A stretch of DNA of 64,000 nt from Antedon mediterranea (taxonomy: Eukaryota; Animalia; Echinodermata). Shown in pieces: positions 13,701 through 27,000 of this stretch. Each line of letters starts with the position of its first letter. Within the stretch, counting starts at the first letter, position 1. The notes below the pieces were generated by a model. The model was given only the letters and a program-made list of their open reading frames with translations. It did not search any database and had not been told where the DNA came from. A program made the position numbers and the translations under genes. Location: the NCBI RefSeq assembly GCF_964355755.1, contig NC_092674.1, positions 4,278,001 to 4,342,000 of the forward strand, written 5' to 3'.

Positions 13701-16700
13701 GTTCTAACATTGCATTTTGTTATTATGTGTTTTTACATACATGATTTCTGTTGTTGTAATCCTTTTCTCTATTATTTATCATTATTTACCATAAGTGTCT
13801 CTTATAATTTATACATATCATCTTTTAATGTATTTTCTCTCTCTTTTATGTTATAAATAAATTAATTAATATTTCATATTAAACCAAAGAAACAAATTAC
13901 TATGGCCGATTTTAAGGTATGTTAAACAGATCACAATAACAAATACCGGTAAATATATAGAATAAAATAATTTAAAATCACATTTTTTTATTTTTTTTTA
14001 ATTTATTTATACTGGGTAACCTCTTCAGTCAATGACTGATCTCCCAGAGGGCCCAGTTGGTGATCAGTGGCTGTGATTTACTAATACACCGGGGTAACCC
14101 CCTACTCGTCTCGAAAGATGTACTAGGTTCTTTAAAGTGCACATGAGCTGAATGTGTACACTGGACCTACTGTTTATAGTCCTTATCTGAGAAGACTCGT
14201 TCTACCACCAGAACCATGGACATTACAATACTACAGGACCCCAACGGAAATAAACCTAGGTAATTGGGGTTTTTTTTGGGCTATCCTGGTCGAAATCAAC
14301 TTAACTGTTTTATTCTTAATGTTCATAACTTTATTCTGCTGCTTACTTTTTTACTGAACGCTTTTTAATATTCTATTGTTTTTGTTCTTTTATATAACTT
14401 GTATTTTTAATGACTTTTTTAAACTATGGTACTGAACGGTATTCTGTTTAAATGCTGTTTTTTATGCCATTTTAAAGCCATTTTAGACATTTGCATTGTT
14501 TTACATTGTTCTTAACATTTTATCCTTCTTTTTAATTGTGAGTGTCAAGTTTTAATTTTTTGTATTGTGACATTGTTATGTAATCATGTATTGTATGTTG
14601 ATCTTGACCGAATAAATGAATGAATAAATACTTAGGCCTATTTGAAATATTTCATAATTATGGTAAAATTATAGGTTTGCGATATAGTTGAGAATGCATC
14701 GATGAATGGTTGTTACAATTCTACTACCGTCTTCAGAATTACACACAGCGTGCCACAACTTACCTTTATTCATCCAAACCTTTAAAACAATATAAATTTT
14801 TTTATATAATATTTAGAAGAAAAGGCAGGGTTTGGAAACGATTTCGATAGACGCCATAATGCAACAATAAGCGGGAAGTATGAAATGTATAATACACAGA
14901 AGAACGTCTGCTGTAAGTTGATACATTCATTGAATTCACTCCCTCCTTTGGGACACTCCCTCATTTAGAACACTCCCTTCTTTGGGACACTCCCTCTTTT
15001 GGGACACCTCTTAAGGATACACCCTTTAAGGAGACACTTTCCGTTAAACGAGAAAGAGGACATTTATTACACGGCCAACCAAGAGAAGCCACTTTGTTAG
15101 GTCCCAAAAGGTGTCCGTTTAATAGACGTTCTACTGTAGGCCTATTTGGTGAAACAGCATATATTATATTTTTTTTGTACCACACTCTTCTAAAATACTG
15201 TATAAAGGACCTTTTATAAGTCATTATACTGGTTTTTTTTTGGTATCATGTTATACAACCTCCGTGTATATACCGATTTGCCTATATTGATACAGTACAT
15301 ACGTTCATCGTGTACCAATCACAGTGATGTATATATCTCTACATGTGACAAAGACACATTCCGTAATACATCATCTCACATGTTTATCACACGTTGTGCC
15401 TGTTTGGTTGAAAGTTAGGTTACATTCGTCACATGTGAAACACATATGAAGGTGTATCCCGGAAATTTCCTATGATACTGTGAAATTTAGAGTAGGCCTA
15501 CATTGTGATACTTTCAATGTTATTTCAGTAATTCCTGTTTACCCCGTGGTGTGTAGATGTGGCAACAGAACAGAAATCGATTGCTCATCTACAGGAATGA
15601 CGAAAGTACCTGAATCTATTTCACCAAATATATCTCGATTGTAAGAAAAAAATAATTATTAATTTCCTAATCTACCCTTTGAAAATTCTATTTCCTGGCA
15701 ACGCTGCAGTGGTGTGTACAGGAAATTGATGAGACTTCCTGTTTATATAAAAAAATCCTCTCTAATACGCATATTATATTGATATTGTTATTATTTATTA
15801 TTCCCTTATTTATATTCATCAGTCTACAAAGTAAGTACAATGTCAACAATGTGTAATATTTCGACAAACAAACATGTAAACAGAAAAACAGTTCTCTCAT
15901 ATTCACCTTTTGCTTAATATAACAAATATTGATAATACAGTATTGTATAATAGACAGTTGTAATAATTTTAATTAATTTTATTAATATACATTTTAAAAT
16001 GATAAAAATGTACTCATATTATTTCCATTTTAATTGGCAAAATAAATTGAATCTGAATTACAGCAATTATTTAAACCATAATTGTACAAAAAGATTATAA
16101 TACTCATAAATAATAAAGTGGAAATATAATACATGTGGAAATAATTGATTATGAAATAAATGAGATGATTCCTTGTCCAAACAAAAATTATATTAATAAT
16201 AAAATTACCAAATTAAACTATCTTTTCTCGCGGAAGCGCAAACTGAGTACGGCAACTAAATCGATAGAAACCAGTCAGGCGTAGAATAAGGAATGTTGAA
16301 GTTTTATTTTCAGTTACCCGCCGGCAGTAAACATTTAAACTGCAGGTGCGAGATTATTTTTGGCTTAGTAGCCTACGCGCGCTTGAAAATTTGTTTCAGC
16401 AAAATGTGCAGTCAACAAAACGAATAAGAACCAACTTTGTTTGATGATGGATAATAAAGCTCTGTCTACACTATCTAATAGTTTGACATAAAAACATATG
16501 ATAGTGATATCACATCATCGTGGGCACATCACATTTGTTTTGTCACATAAAATGTGATAGTGTAGACAGAGGTTAATACTATAATTTCGTTTGATGTTTA
16601 GAAACTTATTTGGAAACAACATCAAGTTACTGGAAAATCGTTCAATGGCAAAGTACAGAGTTCTACGTAAACTGTGAGTTACATAATAATCAACGTAGTA

Positions 16701-16805
16701 ATTCCCTTAGTATACACTATCAAACTAGTTTGAAAAAAGCATGTGATGTGCTTAAATACGGAAGTGACATGCCCAAATATGGGTGGTGATATGACATCAG
16801 CATGT

Positions 16806-16899
<94 letters not shown>

Positions 16900-19800
16900 T
16901 GTTAACATCTTTGATTGGCTGATTTGTTTTATTATGTAATTTTGTGACTTATATAGGTTATCCTTTGTTACAATTCTTTTCACCTGATGATGGGCTATGC
17001 CCGAAACATGTCGTTAAAATAAATCTATATTGAGGCAGTTTTAACTTATTTGATCTTGATTTTTTTCTATATCCTGCCTATGCAGCTCTTTGATTTATAT
17101 ATATATATATCACATAAAGTTTGATAGTATGTATAGGCCTACAAAGCTTTAGAGTTTCACATGAAGGCCTGCTTATATAAAGATTGTTGAATTGTGTCTG
17201 ATGTCAACCAAGAAAGACACTGTTGACGTGCAGTATCTCTTCCATTTAAGCGTGGTTCCCACTAGCGACGCAATGCAAGGACGTAACGCAACGCAATTGA
17301 ATTGACCAATCACAAGCGATGGCTTATTCGCTTGTGATTGATAACTGTCTATAACTTCGCTTGTCATTGGTTAAAACGCTTGCGTTGCGTTTTTGTCCTT
17401 GCGTTACGTTCTAGTGGGAACCAAGCTTTACTGGCATCTGTATGTGTATTGTGTTTTTCACCGGCGTGAGTTTACTTTACGATCTACACAATTGTACACC
17501 GTGTTAACTTAAAGCTCTGTCGACATTATCAAACTAGTTTGACAAAAAAAGTGTGTACCAAATATGGTAGTGATATGCTTAAATATGGTAGTGATATGCT
17601 TAAATATGGTAGTGATATGACATCATCATGTATATATATATGGCCACATTTTTTGTCACATAAAGTTTGATAGTGTAGACAGAGCTTAGGCGTACTACGC
17701 ACTTCAAATACTAGAATTATCTTCTATTTGGCATGTTCTACCCAGTGTATATCAAGTTACTTTATAATATTAATTTAAAATATATGCCTGAGATAATTTT
17801 TTTTTTATTGTGTACCGGTATTTATTATCCTTACTAATTATAGATGATTTTTTTTTAAATATTAGATCGCTAGCCGATAATGATATTGCGGATGTTGATG
17901 TTAATGCGTTCCAGGGACTTGCAGATTTGCAAAAACTGTAAGTGTCTGGTTAATTCGATTTTTGTTACTTGTATTGGCAAAATTCTCTTTGTTTTTTTTT
18001 TTGTTTTTTTTTTCGTTTGCAAGATAACAAGTAAACCTTATTGAACAAAACGCTTCTGTGTCAGCGGCAGACGTTCACAGGACATTATAAAAACTACAAG
18101 AAAAGTAATGAAAAATAACATAACTCACGACTCTTTCAACTCCACTCCCTAAGCCTCAAATGCGGCTTATAGTTGATAAGCACAATCAATTATGAAATAG
18201 TTTATCCATCCTGTAATATGCGCGTTTATCGTTGTTAGATACGTATGAAATATGTTTTTATAAAATAAGAAAGGAGCGAATTATTCAAGTAATAACAACA
18301 TTAAATTAACTTACAGTCTCTACTACACTACTTAACGTTGTGTTGATGTTATTACTTAGGCCTATTGTTATCAATATCATTAACATTATATTATGTAAAG
18401 AAAATACTGGCTTATTATTATTAAAAATATCAGTAGTATTATTGGTGTGCCAATACATATATCAAGATGACATATATTTCAGGAAAATCAAAATATTCAT
18501 TAGATTACAAATCTCGAGTTATCCTTATCTTAAATATGGACCGAAATAGTAAATAGCACGCCCTTCGCTCTCTACATTTGGCAAAATTTCAGTTTTTGAT
18601 TCTATTCAATTTTTTAGGCCTATATAAACAAACATAGTTTACAAAAAGATGGTCCGAAACGAGTATGAAGTGCCGAGGTATGGAAGGCGATGTGTGTAAA
18701 AATAATGTTAAATCGTAATCTTTGTCTGTTTTGTTGCGTTTCTAGATATTTGTCAGAGAACAAAATAAAACGTATACCTGATGGAGTGTTTATGCCTCTT
18801 ACAAATCTAGAGTGGCTGTAAGTATTTAGTTTTGTTTATTAAAATTGTGGATTGTCTGTACTGTGTATAATTTATCCAGCATCATATTCTAATACAGTTT
18901 CACATATATACCACTGTGTCTCCTGTTAGGCTATAAGTCTAACCAAACCATCATACGATGCTGTATTACAGAATGTTGTCAATGATAGGATAATGTGGAT
19001 AATGGATATAGGCTTACGGACATAAAATCGGGTGGTTATTCTATATATAACTTACAACTCTGTCTACACTATCAAATTAGTTTGATTAAAAAAGTGTGCC
19101 CAAATATGGCAGTGATATCAATTCACATTTATTTACTCATCGTTTATAAATACAGTTTCATAGCATAAATGATGGCAAGGATCCTGCATAGAGAAGTTTA
19201 CACTTCTGTTTTCGCAGGACCATTTTACATAAAAAACATAAAACAATAAACACAACATAATAGATATAAAATAAAAAAACATTTCCTACATACATTTTAG
19301 AGTTGTTCATCATCATGTCCATATATGGGCACATCACATATGTTTTGTCACATCAACTTTGATAGTGTGTAAAGAACTTTTAAGTTGTATGTTACTAAAG
19401 TTGATACGTTGTAATCAGTTAAACATTTATTTCACTTACCATACTGACGGATGAACTGACTTTGGATTTAACTTTTTTTTCTCCACGGCACATTGTGTCT
19501 ACTCATTGACAGGTAAAATAAATAAAAATTATGTATGTGGCATTTGATTTTAATCTGCTTACAGTTCAAATAAAGTATACAGTCACGGGAGAATACTAAT
19601 TTAGACAGGCTGTAATAATTGAAGTCACAAAAAGGCGCGGTCAAACATGGGTGAATTTGTTTTAAAGATCATCCACATGCCGGTTAATTCCGTCAGAGAT
19701 TTCAATGAGTTCACTTAACGTAGTTCCCACTAGAACGCAACGCAGCGACGTATCGACGAAAAGTGTTGTAGGCCTATTGCGTAATCACAAGTGAGAACCG

Positions 19801-21058
19801 ACGAAGCAATAGTACTGCAAACATCGCATGTTTGATTTCACGCAGGCGGGGGAAAACATAATTATTAGAAGGGCATTTGCTTACGTTACGTAGATTGAGT
19901 TACGCTACGTCGCTAGTGGGAACCAAGCTTTAGAAACAAAAGTCATTATATGTACTAACAGTACAAACATCATAACCTTTAATTTTCAACCCGTCTGAAC
20001 GGGCCTAAAAAAACACTAACGAATTAATAAAGTTGCTGGTGACTTTAAGAGAATGAGTTATTTTTGTGATTATTATAGTATGTGAGGGTACCATAAAGAC
20101 AACAGTTAGACCTATGTTTGTAGCTTACTTTTAAGTATATCCTATTATAGTGATCGATATTTTATATAATATTTTATTTTTAGAATGGCAAATGTAAAGG
20201 TAACATCGGGGAAAATTTGAACAATATAATAATACTATGTTGTATTATGTGAATGTAGTAGGATCAATCAATCAAATGACATACCAGTAAAATACAGGGT
20301 TGTTTATTTTGTCATGGTAAAATAGTAATAAAAGTTGACTATTTATATTATTTCATCAATATGTGACCAATTTACAAGTAAATTTGCATTATTTATTTAT
20401 TTAAGTTCGATTGTACCACCATTAAGTATGTTGGCACTCAGATCTAAAATATTGAATGTCAATAAATGTATTTATTACCAGAATGCATGTCCCAGTTTGC
20501 CATACACAGGGGTAACCCTTTACTATTTGAATTGTAATTGTAACATATTAAATCGTTTCTATAAAGCTTGGTTCCCACTAGAGGCGCAACCTACGCAACG
20601 TGAAAAAAATGTCCTTCCAATAATTGTGTTTGCCCCCACCTGCGTGAAATCCAACCTGCGATTTTCGCAGCACTGTTGCGTCGTCGGTTCCCACTTTTGA
20701 TTATACGCAATACATCACTTTGCATTAATACGTCGCTGCGTTGCGTCTCTCATTTTTTTTTCATTTTTTTATTTGTGATTGTAGCTATATTAAATCGTTT
20801 CTTACTTTCATGAAAATGTACAAAATTGTTTACAGAATGATGGACCACAACGAATTAACAACATTTGAGGGAAATTCGTTTGCTGGCTTGCATAATTTGT
20901 ATTGGTTGTAAGTTTATCCACTTTAGGTGAAGTAAAAAATAAACCATCATTCGATTCTTGAAAATGATTGTTAATTTTGTATTCAGTGTATTTATTTAGT
21001 AAAGCTACCTAACTACGTTTACTGTACGCTTCACAGAAAATAAAATTTATAGGCCTAG

Positions 21059-21092
<34 letters not shown>

Positions 21093-24000
21093 CACATTTA
21101 ATACAGCATTATGTTCAATATAGACAGATATAGACAGATTGAATTCTATTTTGTTGTTTTATCCAACATTATTCAATGTATCTTCTGATATGTCAATTCA
21201 TTTACATATAACGGTCAGAAAATTGTTGAATATTCCTATTCTATAGATCAATTCGCCATAACAAGATCAACGATCCAAACATAGGGAATGTGTTTGAAAA
21301 TCTGCCATCTTTGGAGTGGTTGTAAGTATACAATATCAACTACTAGAACACAAATAAGAACACAAATAAGATAGTTTAACAAGAAAGAGTTTAATCATGT
21401 ATTTTACCGCCATCTTTCATTTTTACATTTTAATTAACATCGTATCTAAAATTTTAAATGAAAAAAAATATGGTTAATACTGAATTCAAGTACTCTATTA
21501 TGTAAATATACCTGTATTTTAACTACTTAAAAAATGTACTTTAATTGTCATAAATGTACATATATGTATATATGAACTGTTTTATAAGTTGTTTTGTGAC
21601 TGTGTAATTTGGTAGTAGTCACTCTCATACTGTAGGCCTACATTTAAAAGTAACACATCCAAATGCCAACTTCAAGTCAATGGCTACCAGATGTCTCTGT
21701 GAGACGGTTATTTGAACCAGTACCAGTACCAGTATACAATACATTCACTGAAAATTTAAATAAACGTGAGATGAACTCACACAAGACAAAAAAAACATCA
21801 ACCATCCAACTACATGGCCTCATTTATACTCGAATGTGTTTTAAAATACAGTTTAATAGATCCAGTTAAGTTTGAAACCCGGATGTAATACGTTATCTTC
21901 TAAATTATAATTTATTCATTATCATAATCGCTTCATACATCCTGCTGTGTAAACCCGAAACTACCCTTTAAAATTGGTTAAAAATCTGTTTTTAATTTCA
22001 ATCTAATTAGCACAGCAAATAATGTTTCCAGTGTCTTTCATAGTGTATTCTTTATTTATTTGTAGAGAACTTGACAATAACCGAATTACTACATTGAATT
22101 CAGATAGTTTTTCCGGGGATACATCATTGTCGACATTGTAAGTGTAAAGTTATATTAACATTTCCCGTTTGATCATCATCATCTTCATCATCATTTCTGC
22201 CTCGGATATATAATTATAATTATGTTTCGTTCTTAGTGTGTGCCCACCTAATGTCATGAACAGTCCTTGAAACGACAGGATTCAGAAATAGTGTTGGTTT
22301 GTTGAATAGCCTACACATAATGTTTTCTCGCAAACAGCTTGATTTCATGAGGAGCGTCATTGCACAATGCATAATAGGAAGGGTGTGAGAGCAAAGGTCA
22401 CGACGCGTACGTACAAACATCAAATCGCGTACGTACGTACAAACATCAAATCGCGTACGTACGTACAAACATCAAATCACGTACGTACGCGTCGTGGCGT
22501 TTGCTCGAAAACACTTCCCATGCATCATGTGCGTTTCGATAAATAAATATCTGTAGGCCTACTCTCGAAAGTTAACAAATCTGCAACCCCCCTTGTATCC
22601 ACCCCAGCAACAACTTCCTAGAGACGTACCGTACCTAAAGCCGTTCTTAATGAAAGTATTTACATTATTGTTCAAGTACATTACTATGGAGAGTATACAT
22701 CCATCTTATACAGTAACCCATTGCCGACGGTCCAATTGTCGTGTGAACTTATTATAGAGCATGTCAATTTACATTAATGAAGAATATTAACAGTTATAAT
22801 ATATTCAGGAATTAAAATATCACTTTCATTGCCGAACATAAATATATCACGTTCTTGACTTGTCAACTGTGTGGGCGACAGTAAATACATATAGTTAAAT
22901 AAGGATTAAGACAATTATATTAAATATTATCATGTATTGCGTATTTTTGTTTTACATTTATATAAGCTTAGATTAACCTACTATAGATATATATTTATAG
23001 ACGCTGAAAGATAACTTGTTTTTAATCTATATATGAAGTAAATAACAATTTAGTATGTTTGTAGGTCATTGAAAAATAATGAAATATCATTTGTGCATCC
23101 GTTGGCGTTAACATCTCTTGTGAATCTTGTGGAGTTGTAAGTATATCATTACATCGATTATCATTATACATCAATTATCATTATACATCGATTATCATTA
23201 TACATCGATTACCAATATACATCGATTATCATTATACATCGATTATCGATTATCATTATACAGTACATCGATTATCATTACACATCGATTATCAATTATT
23301 ATACATCGATTATTTATTATCATTATACATCGATTATCGATTATAATCACACCGATTATCGATTACCATTATGCATCGATTATCTTTATAAATCGATTAT
23401 CGATTATAATTATGCATCGATTAATCATCGATCGATACTTCAATGCATTGTTTTCGTTATGTAAATGTAGCTTAACCATCAAGTGTGAATATAGCGTATT
23501 GTCGCCAAAAAGAATGAAAACAGAAGAATACTATACCATTAACAAAATAACAATTCACACATATATGTTTTGTTCTTATTTTTTATTTTTCATTGTATTT
23601 TGTCTAAGATATTGAATAACTTAACGGAGAATGAACGTGTTACGTTATAATTCTAGATCTTCTTCTATTTAAAGGAGCGAACTTCATAGTTCAAGGCTAC
23701 TGCTCCACTAAGGGTTCCATTGTGATCTCGGCAGCCAACTACGGCGCCAATACGTCTGCCCACGACAGTGTGTGTGTATGAATGAACTAGTACATCGGGG
23801 TAACTCCCTACTCGTGTCGAAAGATGTACTAGGTTCTTTAAAGTGCACATGAGCCAGATGTGTACACTGGACCTACGGTTTATAGTACTTATCCGAGAAG
23901 ACTTGTTCTAATCGAACCCTTGCCAAAGTTATGGCTATGGATTTCGGTTCCACTGTCTTAACCGCTCGGCCACACTCAACAGATACAATATCTATACGTC

Positions 24001-27000
24001 TCCTATAACCATGGAGGTGTAATCCATGCACTGCCGTTGTTATTTCTACACTAGGCTATCATTATCTAATTTCATTCGGTTAAAAGTTCGATTGACATCG
24101 TATGTTTGTTTAAGTATGATTAATCACGTACTTTCTTCTATTAAGGGATTTATCCAAAAACAGAATAGACAGACTGTCATCAGTGCAGTTCAAGAACTTA
24201 ACCAAACTCAGTCATTTGTAAGTGAAACTCCGTGCTCTGTTTGTTGCTATATCTATAAATAGATATATTAATAAATCATATCTTTGAATTTAATGATGCT
24301 TTACTATTATATGATATAAATGAAGTGCATAACATTCATATTCATTTGGACAAATCAATGTAGGTTAATTTAAATGCAATTTAACACGAACAGGATACAT
24401 TTGCATATTAAACATTTGCCTTATTGACAGTATTTTAATCCTGGTGAAAAAAAATAGTTTTTATTGTAAATAATATTTTAATTAATAAAGACAACATTAA
24501 CATTATTATTTATTAGTAAATAATGCATAGCAATACCATTTAGACCTACCAGTACCAGAATCTTTTTATTTCACCTAATGCGTTCCATACTTCGTATATT
24601 TAAAAACCGCTACCAACAGAAAAACATATAAACATTGAGGGTTAAAATATCCAATTATATAAATTTCTATTTCATTTTATTTTTGTTCACAGATCACTGG
24701 ATTTCAATCTGTTTCGATCTTTTCCTGTCGATGTATTTTACGACTTAGTAGATCTTGAAATCTTGTAAGATTCCCATCAACATGTATCATACTTCAACAT
24801 TAAATTTTATGAAATGTTATTTTCTAAATGCTAATCGCCAATGGCCATGTTGAGTTTGATTGTGACAGCAATATTCGCGATGTTGATTCTCTCTTTTTCA
24901 ACTGAAGAAATCATATCTTTAAAAATGTTTTATTAAATATTTATATAACTATAATCGCCAACAGGGATACGTTTCAGTGCAATGACGACTATACACAGAA
25001 CGTAAATCTATTGATATTGTTGTAAAACTTCTCCCCCTGCAGCTAAAATACTGCATTAAATACTTTTATGATAAGACGTTTGATTAAACAATTAAACGAG
25101 ACTGTAAGTTAAAGTTTGGCTGTGATTCTACACTGTCCTCCGGAATTGTAGAATGAATGGTTATTTGTGCAATGGTACAAATAATGCCATGAGGTGAAAA
25201 TACATTTCATCTTTCTCCGAATGAAATTATTTATTCCATTATACGAATATAAAACATTCATTACCGTATTTGATTTATAAAACACCTACATTCGAAAGTG
25301 CTCCAAGAGTGATCCACATAATTATTAAGAAATTTAACGTTAATATAAAAAGAAGTCAAAGGCCATATGCCAAAATTGCACGATTAATGACGTATGGATT
25401 CAATGTAGTAATTATTGAATATCATGTGAACCACAATCATTCAATCAAATGACAAGCATATACTCATGTGTGTTACATTTTTCATTTATTTTAGGAGACT
25501 TGAAGGGATTACAATTAATAATATCAAACCAGCGATGTTTGAAAACCTAAAGAAACTTACTACTGTGTAGGTGATTGTTTTAACACGTATCACACGTATA
25601 TAAGATGCTATATTCTGATATTCATCTGTTAAGCACATCATTAAAAATAAGTGAACATGTACACAATGTTTTCCCCTATCATTCTCAAGCAAACGTCATG
25701 AATTATTCATTAGATTAATTGTACCATTAATTAGGACATAATAGGAGCTCAAAATCAATCATAGCTTTCAATGCATGATTTATAGCCTAACCAGATAGGA
25801 AAGAAAATAAGTATATTTTGTTCCTAGCTTACATGGATAAACTGACAATAACCACCGTTTACCGCAGGGAGGGCTTTGATACGAAAATATTCTTAAAGCA
25901 CCCCTATACCATAATAGTAACGCCATCTGGATTGCGTTGTATTGAAATGATAGAGTGAACCTTAGAAGTGCATTAAGTGGATACTGGGTTTGAATTTATA
26001 ACAAAGCAGATACAATGTTAAGGTGTATGCGTCTCTTTATATTTAAAAAGTAATATTTATCACCAGTAATTTGGATATATTCACTTTGATGATTGATTTA
26101 AGATAAATTAGCATTATGTTGAGCATAGATGCATGTAGCCTATGGATATACATTACAGTTAAATGAATATATAAATCTTAAATCTTTTTTGGCGAAAAAC
26201 ATGCTTCCAGTTACGTGCCATGAATGAGAAATGTTAGCCTTGGAATATTCACTTTCCGTGTAAACTAACAGTTTAATCTAATAAGTGCTTCGGTTTGTAG
26301 AAAGACATACATAAAGTAACACAATAATGTGGGAATTACGAGCTTACTGTAGAAACTGAGCGAAATAATTGACACCGAGCGACAGAGGGCGTGCTATTTA
26401 ATATTTTTAACACATTAAAGATACAGATAACTCGAGATTTTAATAGGCGTTTGTAACGGCACCAAAAATAGGCAAACGTACATAGTAACATAAACATGTA
26501 TTTTTAATTTCAGTTACTTTTCATCGTTTCAATACTGCTCGTATGTACCACATGTAAGGAATTGTAACCCTAAAACAGATGGTATTTCGACGATCTACAA
26601 TCTTATGGCAAACAGGATCTTACGCGTGTCTGTATGGACAATGGCTACATTAACGTTCGTCGGAAACCTAGGCGTCTTCATCAGCCGACTCCTTATGAAA
26701 GCAGAACACAAAGTGTACTCACTGTTTATCATGAATCTCTGTGGTGAGAAACCTAATCAATTGTCTCCTCATTATAGAAAACTTTACCGAATTTTTGTTT
26801 GAAATTTGAGTTAATAATAATTTGCTTAACAAACTGCAAATTAGTTTGCTCAAGTTAAAGCCTAGTTTACTCTAGAAAACCAAGAAAACTCACAGTTTCA
26901 GCTATGTTTAGTAAACTTTACCAAATTGGTTTGCAAATTCGTGTTTTTGAGTTGATTTGTAAACTGGAAGATCCTAGTTTAAACTTCTACAAACTGGTTT

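Noticed and set aside
13320-13856. 178-aa ORF
   Set aside because: Intronic, with a low-complexity AT-rich second half and no motifs; probably a repeat fragment.
23127-23615. 162-aa ORF
   Set aside because: It reads through a minisatellite inside an intron.
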